Shown one piece after another: positions 28,950 through 39,312 of a stretch of DNA of 64,000 bases; position 1 is the stretch's first letter; the number at the start of each line of letters is the position of its first letter. The stretch is from Clostridia bacterium (lineage in GTDB: Bacteria > Bacillota > Clostridia > CAKSNL01 > HGM11501), in assembly GCA_045545475.1 (NCBI GenBank), contig JAZQAZ010000044.1:19467-83466 (forward strand), in the 5' to 3' direction. Made by a program: the position numbers and the translations under genes. The notes under the pieces were generated by a model. That model made no database searches, was not told the origin of the DNA, and was given only the letters and a program-made list of their open reading frames with translations.

Positions 28950-30405
28950 TTGTTTCCTCCACATTTGCCTTTTTTGCAGGTTTAATCAATGCCAATATAG
29001 TCTTTATCAATTCTTTAGTTTCTTTATTGATAATAATCGCCGCCACGGCAAGAAGTGATATTGATAATAAAATATCAGAGTAAAGCGATGTCTTGAAAAG
29101 TGCAATAACTGCACATACAATACTTACCAATATAAGCATAATCGCTTTAGCTTCACTTTGGCCTGTATTGTAAAGTCTTAATCCGATTATGGTCCTGTAC
29201 GCTCTACTAACTCCAATACTTGCAAGAGAAGATATTCCAACACCAACAAGTCCGAGTTTCGGTATAAGTAAATAGCAAAGAGCTACCGATGTTATAACCT
29301 GAAGAATTGGCCCTATAATAAGATGACCTGTTTTTTTCTTTATGTTTATTCCGACGGAGTATATCGTAGAAAGAATATTAAAGCATGCAGCGAGCAACAT
29401 TGCCGGTGCTATAACATATACCGAAAAATAGCTTTCATCAAGTATGAGAACAAGCCATCTTCTAAGCAGTATACATAACGCTGTTCCAATAGCAAGAATC
29501 ATCGTACCTGCCAAGCCAAAAGTATGAAGTATCGGCTTGAATTTTTTTTCATTTTCACAATGCTTATATACAATGGGATTCCAGATATTTATAAGCGTAT
29601 TTACAATAAGCATTATAACCGTCTGGAAAATGGATGCAGCCGTAAAAATACTTAAGACGTCCCATCCGGCAAGCTCTCTTATGATAAGTTTTTCCATTAA
29701 CGGCACAATGAGTATTATTACATTATTTACCATATACGGAGCACCGTAGGAAAATAAATCTTTCCCTGTAATTGGCTCCGTTTCGCTGTTTTTCTTATGC
29801 GTTATCTTTTTGCAAGTAGCAACATTTATGGTGATAGCCACAATTGCAGTGATAGCATGAGACCACAGTACCCAGTCAAATGATATTTCTTCAACATGGT
29901 AAAATAATATAACAAGAATCAGCATAAAACCTGTTTTGCCGACAAAATTACTGATAACATAATTTGTTGCATGCTCTTCCATTCTTGCGGTAAGTTGGCT
30001 GAAGCGAAAAAGAAACGAAAAAAGCAAATATACTATAAGTCCTATAAGTGCAATTGCTGACAGTTTTTCATCAAACACAAGTTTTATAATATGCTGTCCC
30101 GGGGCGATAATAAGCAGAGTCGTAACCGCAAATAATATTGCCGGAATTTTCAGGCATTCTGCCATATATCTTTTTTGTGTATATGGATGCTTGTAATAAA
30201 ATCTCATATAAGCTGAATCATATCCAAACGACACAAGCATAGTAACGATTGTATGGAATGTTGCAAGAAGTCCGTTCATTGCATAAACCTTCTGCGGTAA
30301 AAATCTTGTAAGAATCATTGTAGATACAAGACCCATTACTCCCATTGTTACAGTCCCCACAAAATAAATTATTGAATTTTTTGCTGTCTTATTCAAAAAG
30401 TCCAC
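28927..30405 (-). CDS. wzx: Wzx-type oligosaccharide flippase
   Basis: About 13-14 TM helices, MOP-family N-terminus (LTRFL...G...RFY), position within the locus. Confidence 0.8.
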   Translation of the reverse strand: MDFLNKTAKNSIIYFVGTVTMGVMGLVSTMILTRFLPQKVYAMNGLLATFHTIVTMLVSFGYDSAYMRFYYKHPYTQKRYMAECLKIPAILFAVTTLLIIAPGQHIIKLVFDEKLSAIALIGLIVYLLFSFLFRFSQLTARMEEHATNYVISNFVGKTGFMLILVILFYHVEEISFDWVLWSHAITAIVAITINVATCKKITHKKNSETEPITGKDLFSYGAPYMVNNVIILIVPLMEKLIIRELAGWDVLSIFTAASIFQTVIMLIVNTLINIWNPIVYKHCENEKKFKPILHTFGLAGTMILAIGTALCILLRRWLVLILDESYFSVYVIAPAMLLAACFNILSTIYSVGINIKKKTGHLIIGPILQVITSVALCYLLIPKLGLVGVGISSLASIGVSRAYRTIIGLRLYNTGQSEAKAIMLILVSIVCAVIALFKTSLYSDILLSISLLAVAAIIINKETKELIKTILALIKPAKKANVEETNEKNSAF

Positions 30406-30415
30406 CTTCCAAAAA

Positions 30416-31399
30416 TCATAATATAGGATAGCCGTTTATTATAAGATTGTTTCTTATATCTCTTTCTTTTAATATTTTATCATTTTCATATATTTCCACA
30501 AGACGTTTAAGATGTCCGTAGCAAGGGATAAAGCGATATTTAATTGCCCGCTTTGCCATTCCCATAAATCTTCTCAAAACACGTTTTTTATTCAGAATAA
30601 TATTCTTAAACGGAATCTTAAAGCTTTTTGAAAGGCCTTTTACTATTTCGATAAAAACTCCTTCCATCTCTTCTGCCGTGTAAGAATATTCACATTCTTC
30701 CGAAAGCTTTAAGGAGAGGCAAAACTCAAAGTACCTTTTCCATTCTTCATTAATCGGCAAATCCTTTATTATTTCAAACCTTTTTATAAAGCCTGATGCT
30801 AAAATTCCACGGTCAACCAATATAACCGTCATAAGGTCAAGTGAATTTTTGGCAAGAAGATATTTATATTCTTCTGTTTTTCCGTTTTCTCTCATTTCTT
30901 TTCCGTAATAAAGAACGTAGAAAATCCTATGAGTTAAAATATCTTTTATATCAAAGAGGTTTATGTTTTCAATTGTTATTTCAGGAAGAAACCTAATGCA
31001 ATCTTCACCTACCACAGTTTTACCCATGCACCTTGCATCATATGTAATAAGCTTTCTTTCCATATGGCAAAGTGCTTCTTTTTTCACAAATGTGTTATCA
31101 ATGTGGAAAAGTGCAGAGCTTTGGTCTCCAAAAATAGTTTTTTCCGCTTCCTTACATATTTTCTCATATTCTGAAAAGCCGGTAAACCCTTCGGGATATA
31201 CGGTAAAATACTCTATATCGCTGAGCATTTTTACCACTTCGCCCTCTTCTGTCCATGTCGCCTCTCCTCTTGACAGGCTTCCGAGCAAAATGACAGAAAG
31301 CATTCCTTCAAAATGTTCTTTATTATATTTTTCTATTGCCTCAAAATAACTGTCTATCTTCTCTTCAAGTGCCACATTCTCCTTACGGAAATATTTCAT
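30416..31399 (-). CDS. pol-beta-superfamily nucleotidyltransferase-like protein with helical C-domain
   Basis: VILLGSLSRGE...SDIEY...HID matches the hG[GS]...D-x-[DE]...D signature. Confidence 0.6.
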   Translation of the reverse strand: MKYFRKENVALEEKIDSYFEAIEKYNKEHFEGMLSVILLGSLSRGEATWTEEGEVVKMLSDIEYFTVYPEGFTGFSEYEKICKEAEKTIFGDQSSALFHIDNTFVKKEALCHMERKLITYDARCMGKTVVGEDCIRFLPEITIENINLFDIKDILTHRIFYVLYYGKEMRENGKTEEYKYLLAKNSLDLMTVILVDRGILASGFIKRFEIIKDLPINEEWKRYFEFCLSLKLSEECEYSYTAEEMEGVFIEIVKGLSKSFKIPFKNIILNKKRVLRRFMGMAKRAIKYRFIPCYGHLKRLVEIYENDKILKERDIRNNLIINGYPIL

Positions 31400-31400
31400 A

Positions 31401-32522
31401 CTATTCTCCGCCTTTCATAACCTCTGTTATCAGCTTATTGGCAGCTTTATAGTCATACAAGTCATTGAGTTTTCTTCTTTTTCCACTTAAGATGATACAT
31501 GCCATCTGATCCTTTGCCTCACGTTCGGGCCAGAATCCGTGCATTCCGGACCCGTCACCGCTACCCTTTTTTATGCTTTTACCAAACCAGTTATCTGCAA
31601 AAACATTACCCTCACGAAGAATATATATATAATCTCCAAACAGGCGATTTGTAACGCCGTAAAACTCACGCTCTTCCTCTGTAAGCAAATGTCCTTCCTC
31701 TTTTGTTTTAAGGTAGTCTTCTATATTCGAAGAAAGATTCTCATCCTTTGCCCAGATGCACATAACCGCTGTATCGCAATAAGCAATATATGTTTTTTCA
31801 TTCTGCCTTCCAAAATGCTTTTCAAGCTCCAAATCAATTTTCTTTTTCACGGTGCTCATTCCGTGGTCAGAAACAATTAGTATTTCCTCATCGGGATTTT
31901 TTTCTTTATAAATATCTATTACCGAAAAAAGTTTTTCCATATACGGACGAAGTCTTTCTGAATAAAGCTCTCCTCTTCTGCACTTATGTCCTAACATATC
32001 CGCAAATCCGAAAACAGCAAAAATGTTTTTATCGGTATAGACAGCTTTTTCAAGCATCAAAACAGTTTCTTCAAAACTTTTGTGCCCTTCATCCTGAGAC
32101 ACAACCGTGTACCCGTCAAATATCGGCTCACTTCTGTAGGTCTCTTCTTTCCAGAAAAGATATTTTCCCTTCTGCGAAAAATGCTTTCTTAACTTAAAAG
32201 GTATGTTTGCAAAGGTGTTTCTCCTGTATATTTTTCTGTCCAATACCTTTTTCGCCAAAACCCCAAAAATGCCAATGTTTTCGAAAGGAGATAAAAGTGC
32301 CGATAAAAACCTTACACTTTTTCTTTTTTCATCCTCCTTCACCCAGTCAACCATAACTCCGCGTTCATCGGGATATTTATTGCAGTAAAGCTGCCAATGA
32401 AGACTTGAGCTGTATGCAATATTAGGCACAAGCTCCGCTATCTGCATTGACGAAAGCTCTTCTTTATAATTTTCTTTCATTTCATTAAAGGGAAGCGCAT
32501 CAATAAAAATACTTAAAGGCAT
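31401..32522 (-). CDS. alkaline phosphatase superfamily (NPP/phosphodiesterase-like) protein, cytoplasmic
   Basis: IFIDAL, YSSS...YPDERG, DMLGH, VSDHGM, GMHG metal-site motifs; no signal peptide. Confidence 0.75.
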   Translation of the reverse strand: MPLSIFIDALPFNEMKENYKEELSSMQIAELVPNIAYSSSLHWQLYCNKYPDERGVMVDWVKEDEKRKSVRFLSALLSPFENIGIFGVLAKKVLDRKIYRRNTFANIPFKLRKHFSQKGKYLFWKEETYRSEPIFDGYTVVSQDEGHKSFEETVLMLEKAVYTDKNIFAVFGFADMLGHKCRRGELYSERLRPYMEKLFSVIDIYKEKNPDEEILIVSDHGMSTVKKKIDLELEKHFGRQNEKTYIAYCDTAVMCIWAKDENLSSNIEDYLKTKEEGHLLTEEEREFYGVTNRLFGDYIYILREGNVFADNWFGKSIKKGSGDGSGMHGFWPEREAKDQMACIILSGKRRKLNDLYDYKAANKLITEVMKGGE

Positions 32523-32540
32523 ATTTTTTCTCCTTTATAA

Positions 32541-33755
32541 TCACAGTGCTTTTCTCAAGGTATATATAAGCATCAACATAAACAATCCCAACGATCCTAA
32601 AATCACCGTCGCTTTCCTGTTGCTTGTTTTTTCCACATCAAAATAAAAGGCACAATTTATAATTTCCAGCGGAATCAGGAAAAGATAATGCCTGAATACA
32701 CCAAGAGACAAGCTTATAACAGCGGAATACATTATCATACTGAGTATCCAGAATAATGTATTGTGCTTTTTACCGAATATATAAAGAAAGTTCGCAATCG
32801 CAACAGGATATATGCTTATGTTCGCGTGTGCAAGAACATTATGCCACCAGCTCAAAGAGCTTTCAGTAAATAGATTCATTTTTATCGGCTGGAGATTTGC
32901 AAAGAATATTGCAAAAGGCAGTTTGTAAATATCTGTTATTCCATGCACTGTGAGTGCTGCAACACCGCCGTCACTTGTAGCTTCTCCGCCGTAATCTTCG
33001 AGCTTCATCTCAAAGGAAGACATAATCGCTCTGCCGAAAACCGCCATAACGCCAACAGCCAGAAGTATGCTTAAGATTGCTGCCGAATATCGTTTTTCTC
33101 TTATAAACTTCATCAAAAAGAAGCCAAAGAAAAACACAACCAAAAGCTCTGTTACAGCTCCTCTGGAATAGTATACTCCGGTCATCAGTGCCGCACAAAT
33201 GATTGTTCTGGTAATCCCGACTTTCTCACCTTTCTGAAGTGACACAAACACATCAAAAGCATAAAATACGCCAAACATTATAAATATGTCCTTTAAGGGA
33301 AAGCAACAGGTGATTACAGTTACCGGCAAAAAAGCCATCATTTTCGCTGCCAGAAGTGCCGTTTTATTATTACCTGATATATTATAAGTAAGATTAAATA
33401 TAACCCCGATTGTAAGTGTGGATAAAATAATATTTATTACTCTTCCCGCATAAACCCAACGAAACATATACGCCACTATACTTACTACCCAAGGCCAAAA
33501 AGGAGCGATATATCCATCAGAAATATCCGCAAGTTTCTGAATATCAATAACAGATGAGGCATAGTCCATATAATATGCTGCCGTCTCCTCATACTTTATG
33601 TCGTCTTTCAGGAAGTACGGCTCCGTAAAGCTTGTAGCGATAAAAAGCATAAATATAAGCAGCAGCAATCTTATTAAAAAGCCATACAGCATAATCTTCC
33701 TGCAACCATCAATGTCTTTCGCCAAAGTAACAGGATTTAATGTTTTTTCAGTCAT
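32541..33755 (-). CDS. probable Wzy polysaccharide polymerase
   Basis: Multi-TM protein of about 400 aa between the glycosyltransferases and the flippase; GT-C-like D..Y, LKD and R motifs. Confidence 0.55.
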   Translation of the reverse strand: MTEKTLNPVTLAKDIDGCRKIMLYGFLIRLLLLIFMLFIATSFTEPYFLKDDIKYEETAAYYMDYASSVIDIQKLADISDGYIAPFWPWVVSIVAYMFRWVYAGRVINIILSTLTIGVIFNLTYNISGNNKTALLAAKMMAFLPVTVITCCFPLKDIFIMFGVFYAFDVFVSLQKGEKVGITRTIICAALMTGVYYSRGAVTELLVVFFFGFFLMKFIREKRYSAAILSILLAVGVMAVFGRAIMSSFEMKLEDYGGEATSDGGVAALTVHGITDIYKLPFAIFFANLQPIKMNLFTESSLSWWHNVLAHANISIYPVAIANFLYIFGKKHNTLFWILSMIMYSAVISLSLGVFRHYLFLIPLEIINCAFYFDVEKTSNRKATVILGSLGLFMLMLIYTLRKAL

Positions 33756-34864
33756 TTTTTACATTCCCTTATACAATCAAGATAGTACTTCTCCAATTTC
33801 TCAGCTTCAGCGTTTATATCATAACCCGCTTTCACAACATCGTCATGAGCAACTTCCGAATGTCCTTTTTTTGCCAGTTCCAACGATTTTTCCGCCCACG
33901 CTCTATCTGTTTCATCAAGCGATATGAATTCCACGCAAGCACTAACCTTAACAAGTGGTGTCACAGTATCTGCCGAAAGGGCGTAAAGACCGTTACACTG
34001 CGTTTCTATTAAAGTAAAAGGCAAGCCCTCATGAGTGCTGGGAAACACGAAAACATCGAAAGCATTAAGCAGTTCGTGAACATCATCCCTGATTCCCAAA
34101 AGCCTCACAGCATCGGAAATCCCGAGTTCTTTCGCTCTTTTTATTATAGCTTTTTCTTTTTCTCCGCGTCCCACCATGTAGAGTAAGGCATCAGGTCTTA
34201 TCTTTTTTATTTCCGCAAAAATCTCCACTAAGCGAAGCTGATTCTTCTGGTCGCACAGTCTTCCAACATGGCCAACAGCCAGTGTTTCATCCGAAATCCC
34301 CAAATCATTTCTGACCCTTTTCCTTATTTCGGGCGAAAATTTGAACTTGTTTCCATCTATGGCATTATTATGAATCTTAACTTTGCCTTTTTCATAAGAC
34401 TTTGTACCCCAAAGCCACTTTGCCGCATCAACGCCGCATCCCGCAAGATGAGTAGAAAGACTTTTACATATCACAGTGCACACTTTTCTCAAAAGCTTTC
34501 TACCTTTACCTTCCGGCTCAAATGCGATATGAGCGTGGCTCATTCTGCACTTAATACCGCACATTTTAGCACAGAAAAGTGCAACCATTCCCCGATATCC
34601 AAGATGTACGTGTACCGCATCGTATTTGTTCTCTGTCATAATTTTCTTAAGGGCTTTATAATACTTTATAACGCCTGCGCTCTGCCTTTTAACTTTATAT
34701 ATATTACAACCCAGGTCTTTTATGGGCTGTTCCAGCACCCCCACCTTATTATTGTCAACACATACAAAATCAAAGTTTATGTCCTTTATTCTGCTGCAAT
34801 AATTAAGAAGATATCTGTCTATACCTCCGCCGTCAAGGTCAACGCAGATTTCAAGTATTTTCAT
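33752..34864 (-). CDS. GT4 glycosyltransferase (EpsF/CapH-like)
   Basis: GGIDR, HVGR...KNQ, FPSTHEGLP...E.Q. Confidence 0.9.
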   Translation of the reverse strand: MKILEICVDLDGGGIDRYLLNYCSRIKDINFDFVCVDNNKVGVLEQPIKDLGCNIYKVKRQSAGVIKYYKALKKIMTENKYDAVHVHLGYRGMVALFCAKMCGIKCRMSHAHIAFEPEGKGRKLLRKVCTVICKSLSTHLAGCGVDAAKWLWGTKSYEKGKVKIHNNAIDGNKFKFSPEIRKRVRNDLGISDETLAVGHVGRLCDQKNQLRLVEIFAEIKKIRPDALLYMVGRGEKEKAIIKRAKELGISDAVRLLGIRDDVHELLNAFDVFVFPSTHEGLPFTLIETQCNGLYALSADTVTPLVKVSACVEFISLDETDRAWAEKSLELAKKGHSEVAHDDVVKAGYDINAEAEKLEKYYLDCIRECKK

Positions 34865-34885
34865 TTTGTCGCCCCCTTAGAAAAT

Positions 34886-36079
34886 TCATTTACATTTTTT
34901 GTATAATTCAATATATTTCATATACTGTGCGTTTTTCTCGTATTTTTCCGCATTACTTCTTGTATTTTTATACTCTTTTGAAAGCACTTCTTTTATACAT
35001 TTAATAATACATTCTGCCGTAAGCTCTTCCGCCACTATTCCGCCGTCGGGTGTCACAACTTCGGGAACTGCCGTACAGTTCGATGTCACAACAGGTGTTC
35101 CGCAAGCCATAGCTTCAACCGTTGTAAGTCCCATAGTTTCAGCCCTTCCGAGATTCAAAAATACGTCAGATGCAGTATAAATTTCTGCCAGTTCCTCAAT
35201 GCTGTTTGTCCTCGGAATCTTCAATATACTATCCGGCAATTTTTTCCCAAATTCGGGAGTAATGCCAACCAGCACCACTTTGTATGAATCATCAAGTTGT
35301 TGTGATAACTCCGAAAACAGTTTAAGCCCCTTCCCCTCTGACCATGCTGTTGCCACGCCAAGGATTATCTTTTTATCTTTAAGATTATATTTTTCCCTGA
35401 AATCCCCTGCCGTAGGCTTAAATGTTTCAAGGTTCACTCCGTTAGGAATGGCAATAACTTCATATTTTCTGAGGAAAGATGCCCTTACCTGGCTTGCCAG
35501 CCATTCAGACGGGGTAACGATAGTCAGGTTTTCAAGAGAAGTAAAAAGTTCTTTTTTCTTTTTATAGTTTTTCTTTGAATTGTCAAAAATCAAACTTCCG
35601 GGGTACGCCTTTTTCTTAGGGCAGCTAAAGCACCCGGTCTTCCATCTTTCACAGCCTTTAGTTACATAATGAGAGCAATGCCCCGTAAACGCCCAACAAT
35701 CATGCAGTGTCCAGATTACAGGCTTTTTACTTTCTTTAAGATACTTAAATAAGATTTCAACATTTACATAATAACCGTGAAGATTGTGAAGATGAATTAT
35801 ATCGGGATCGTATTCCTTAATCTTTGAAATAAATTCCTTTGTTGCCTTTTTTGAGTTAAAACCTGCATTGTCAAAAATTCTTGTCAGGAATGCATCTGTC
35901 TTAACCGACGTGTTGTTTCCGATACGGTAAGATATTTCTTTGTACTTATCAGGAACATTCTCTCTTCCGTAAGCAACCATGCAGCTATGCCCTTCACTCC
36001 GGAGAACATCCGCAATATCAGTGCATATTCTGCCTGTACTTCTTATTCCGCAAACAGAATTTATTTCAAGAACTTTCAT
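34886..36079 (-). CDS. GT4 glycosyltransferase (WcaC-like)
   Basis: STGRI, HLHNLHG, WTLHDCW.FTG.C, E-x7-EAMACG. Confidence 0.9.
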   Translation of the reverse strand: MKVLEINSVCGIRSTGRICTDIADVLRSEGHSCMVAYGRENVPDKYKEISYRIGNNTSVKTDAFLTRIFDNAGFNSKKATKEFISKIKEYDPDIIHLHNLHGYYVNVEILFKYLKESKKPVIWTLHDCWAFTGHCSHYVTKGCERWKTGCFSCPKKKAYPGSLIFDNSKKNYKKKKELFTSLENLTIVTPSEWLASQVRASFLRKYEVIAIPNGVNLETFKPTAGDFREKYNLKDKKIILGVATAWSEGKGLKLFSELSQQLDDSYKVVLVGITPEFGKKLPDSILKIPRTNSIEELAEIYTASDVFLNLGRAETMGLTTVEAMACGTPVVTSNCTAVPEVVTPDGGIVAEELTAECIIKCIKEVLSKEYKNTRSNAEKYEKNAQYMKYIELYKKCK

Positions 36080-37305
36080 CTTGTCACAACTTCCTTTTCT
36101 TCTATGTGTTCACATATAATTTCCGCTCCACGCTTAGCGGTATAATTTTCTTTAAGACAGGAAAGCCCCTTTGCTCCCATTTCAGCAAGGTTTGCTCCAA
36201 TGGCCTTATCAACAGCATCTGTAAAAGCCTCAACGCTGTTACTTTCGCAAGACCATCCGAAACCGCCCTCTTCAATAACCTTTCCCACATCAGTATTTGG
36301 GTCGGTGCAGGATAAAACAGGCATGCTGCTTTGCATATAGCTAAGTAGTCTTGACGGAAAATTCGGAATTGTAAAGCGGTGATCAAGGAAAATAAGACCT
36401 ATATCAAAGGCTTTTACAAATACCTCATATTCCTCCTTTGGAAGTCCATTAAGAAGAAGCACATTGGAAGGCTTTTCAGCTTCCACATAAGCTTTAAGCT
36501 TAGGATATTCCGTCCCCTTCCCGCAGATAACGAAGAACCTGTCTTCCTTTCCGGCATTTGCCTTAAGGCATTTTATAATAAACGGAATTCCCTGAGGACG
36601 GCCGAGATTTCCGCCGTAAATAAAGGTTACCGCATTTTCAGGAATATTATATTTTGCCTTAATTTCCTCTATCTTCTCTTTATCTCTTATAACTTCCTGA
36701 ACCTGGATACTATTGGGATTAATATGTATTTTTGATTCATCAAGTCCGGGATTATGCTTTATTAAATACTCTCTGTTTGCCTCACTCATGCATCCGATAA
36801 AATCGGATACAGCGTAAAGTTTTTCTTCTTTTTTACGGAACATTTTATATATTACCGACTTAGGTCCGGTCTTCGTCATCATTCCGATGTCAACGGCATT
36901 CTGCGGAAAAATGTCCTTCAAAAGAAGATAGCTTTTCGCATTATCTCTTTTCTTAATGAATTCCACAGTCTTAACCTGCGTTACAGGAGGAGTGGGATAT
37001 AAAACAAGATCAAATTTCACATCCGAAAAATACTTCTTAATTGCCGCTATATACTGATAGGGCAACATAAGATTTGAAATTCCCTTTTCGATGATGTTTG
37101 TATTTTTATTATTTCCCACCTTTACACGAAGAACCTTGCAACCCGCCTCTTCAGAAAGGGTGGTTGGCTTTTTTGTACTACGCTGATTAGAACCAACAGC
37201 ATACACCTTGTGTCCCATCGCTGTAAGTTCGTGTATAAGATCCAAGGATATTGAATGACTTTCCATGTTCGGAAGTCCGCTTATAGATACAAAAAGTATG
37301 TTCAT
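36076..37305 (-). CDS. GT4 glycosyltransferase (WbuB/Cap5L-like, probable L-FucNAc transferase)
   Basis: KDIFPQNA, YGGNLGRPQG, PNFPSRLL.Y; co-located with fnlABC. Confidence 0.8.
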   Translation of the reverse strand: MNILFVSISGLPNMESHSISLDLIHELTAMGHKVYAVGSNQRSTKKPTTLSEEAGCKVLRVKVGNNKNTNIIEKGISNLMLPYQYIAAIKKYFSDVKFDLVLYPTPPVTQVKTVEFIKKRDNAKSYLLLKDIFPQNAVDIGMMTKTGPKSVIYKMFRKKEEKLYAVSDFIGCMSEANREYLIKHNPGLDESKIHINPNSIQVQEVIRDKEKIEEIKAKYNIPENAVTFIYGGNLGRPQGIPFIIKCLKANAGKEDRFFVICGKGTEYPKLKAYVEAEKPSNVLLLNGLPKEEYEVFVKAFDIGLIFLDHRFTIPNFPSRLLSYMQSSMPVLSCTDPNTDVGKVIEEGGFGWSCESNSVEAFTDAVDKAIGANLAEMGAKGLSCLKENYTAKRGAEIICEHIEEKEVVTR

Positions 37306-37319
37306 TTTTCTTCTCCGTT

Positions 37320-38552
37320 TTAATATATAAGTTCAGTTACAAGATCGTGGCGTATAAGGTCTTCACCCGATTCGCTTATTGCTCTCACCCTATTTATCGC
37401 CTGTTCGTGCTTTTCACGAAGTTCAGAAAGCGTGTCCGCCTGCACTGTAAAGCTTCCTATTCTGTCCCCGGAACAGGTGATGTCCTTGAAAATACGACCT
37501 TTTGCCGAAAAGATATAATACTCAGTAATTATGCCTTCAGCCTTAAGCTCCTCGAAGCCTTCCGCATGGCTGAATGTTCCGCTCTTACAATATAAAAATG
37601 TATTTGTTATATACTTGCTTTCGGACTTCAATTCTCCTACGTGGGGCTTTTTGCCCTCGGTAAGGTCTACAACAGCCTTTATTACATCAAAGCCACTTGC
37701 CTTTTTTATAAGTCTGAATTTTATACTTCCACCCGTTCTTGCACAAAACTCCAGAACCGAAATACGCTTACCGTCAGAAATCATCTGTATCAACATCGGG
37801 GAATCCTTGAGCTTGAATCCGTCGGCGATTTTCTGTGCCGTGTCCGCTATCTGTGCTTTAATATCTTCCGATATGGGTGCCGGATTTTTTGTTCTATATA
37901 TAACAAATCTGTCCTTATCAGCAATTTTATCGCTTATGGATGTGGTAAGAACGTGTGCTTTTCCATTTTCAACATACACGTCAACGGTAAGTTCCTCACC
38001 CTCGCAAAACTCTTCCACTATGGCAGTTTTTGTGCGGCTTATATCCACCGCTTCGGAAAATGCTTTTTCAGCCTCATCAAGGTTAAGTACCTTTCTTACC
38101 CCTCTTGAACTATAGGAATCAACAGGCTTTACAACCAGCGGGAATATAAAATCCTTAATTTTTTCTGCCTCAAATTCGCCCATAATTATATGTTTCGATG
38201 TGGGGACATTGCATTTTTCAAAAATTTCCTTCATATAAGTTTTATCCGACACAAGCTTTGCCGTATTATAGTCTATGTAACAAGGAAGTCCCAGTTTTTC
38301 GGATATTTTCGCTACCACAAGAAGTACCTGATCGGCACAGGCTGTCAATACATAGTCTACCTTTTCCTCCATTGCGAGCTTTTCAAGAGCAATTTCATCC
38401 ATAGTTGATACGGGATAGAACTTATCCGCAAAAGGTACAGCAATAGCCTTGGGGTTCATATCCGCAAGAATTGTATAAATTCCTCGTTCTTTAAGTTCTT
38501 TGATAAGTGCTGCTTGGGCAATACCGCCTGCAACAACAAGCGCTTTTTTCAT
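37320..38552 (-). CDS. ATP-grasp ligase
   Basis: DK..MK, PLVVKPVDSYSSRGV, VEEF..G.E, LEFCARTGG. Confidence 0.85.
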   Translation of the reverse strand: MKKALVVAGGIAQAALIKELKERGIYTILADMNPKAIAVPFADKFYPVSTMDEIALEKLAMEEKVDYVLTACADQVLLVVAKISEKLGLPCYIDYNTAKLVSDKTYMKEIFEKCNVPTSKHIIMGEFEAEKIKDFIFPLVVKPVDSYSSRGVRKVLNLDEAEKAFSEAVDISRTKTAIVEEFCEGEELTVDVYVENGKAHVLTTSISDKIADKDRFVIYRTKNPAPISEDIKAQIADTAQKIADGFKLKDSPMLIQMISDGKRISVLEFCARTGGSIKFRLIKKASGFDVIKAVVDLTEGKKPHVGELKSESKYITNTFLYCKSGTFSHAEGFEELKAEGIITEYYIFSAKGRIFKDITCSGDRIGSFTVQADTLSELREKHEQAINRVRAISESGEDLIRHDLVTELIY

Positions 38553-39289
38553 TTTTTCTGCTCCTCTTTAGCTTTTTCCTGATCCTTTAATATCTGACTT
38601 CTTGTTCTGGTTTCATTTAAGTTTTCTCCGTTAAATTTAACACGGTCAGAATTAGTTCTCATTTCACTTTTCGAAAACACAACCGCAAAAGTTTTAAGCA
38701 CCATTTTCACGTCCAGCCAGAAGCTCACATTTTCAACATAATAAATATCGTTTTCAAACTGTGCATTCCATGTCCAGGACGCTGAAGTAAGTTTGCTTCC
38801 CTTATTTAAGTTCCAGCAAGCCAAACCCGGCCTTACATAATGACGATATTTGTGTCTTTCGTTGTAAAGCGGGAGATAATCTTTCATCAAGGGCCTGGGA
38901 CCGATTATAGACATTGTACCATTAAATACATTAAAAAGTCCGGCAAGTTCGTCAAGCGATGTTCTTCTCAAAATTCGTCCGAATTTCGTTATTCTTTTAC
39001 TCGGATGCAGAAGCACCCCATCTTCATTTCTCTCGTTTGTCATAGATCTGAATTTATACATATTGAATATTTTCCCGTCCTTACCGGGTCTATGGTCTAT
39101 GTAAAAAACAGGAGCACCGTGATAAATAAGCTCAAGTATGCAAATCACGATAAGCACAGGACTTAACACAAGTATCGCCATACCGCTTAACACAATATCA
39201 AGAAAACGCTTAAAATATTTTGAATAAAAACTATTTTTAGGGGTAGGAATATCCGTTCTAATTTCCGGAAGTTCTTTAACATTGTCCAT
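38549..39289 (-). CDS. PglC-like initiating phosphoglycosyl transferase
   Basis: KRFLDI, FNMYKFRSM, SLDEL, GPRP, RPG. Confidence 0.92.
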   Translation of the reverse strand: MDNVKELPEIRTDIPTPKNSFYSKYFKRFLDIVLSGMAILVLSPVLIVICILELIYHGAPVFYIDHRPGKDGKIFNMYKFRSMTNERNEDGVLLHPSKRITKFGRILRRTSLDELAGLFNVFNGTMSIIGPRPLMKDYLPLYNERHKYRHYVRPGLACWNLNKGSKLTSASWTWNAQFENDIYYVENVSFWLDVKMVLKTFAVVFSKSEMRTNSDRVKFNGENLNETRTRSQILKDQEKAKEEQKK

Positions 39290-39312
39290 TTAATTCACCT
39301 CTAATATATTAA

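Noticed and set aside
30416-32522. Interpretation as CBASS or an MNT-HEPN toxin-antitoxin pair
   Set aside because: No CD-NTase-specific context, Cap effectors or RxxxxH HEPN toxin; tight embedding between wzy and wzx favours a glycan role.
34268-34906. 212-aa plus-strand ORF and the many other short antisense ORFs in the track
   Set aside because: They are shadows of well-supported genes on the opposite strand and have no motifs or RBS.
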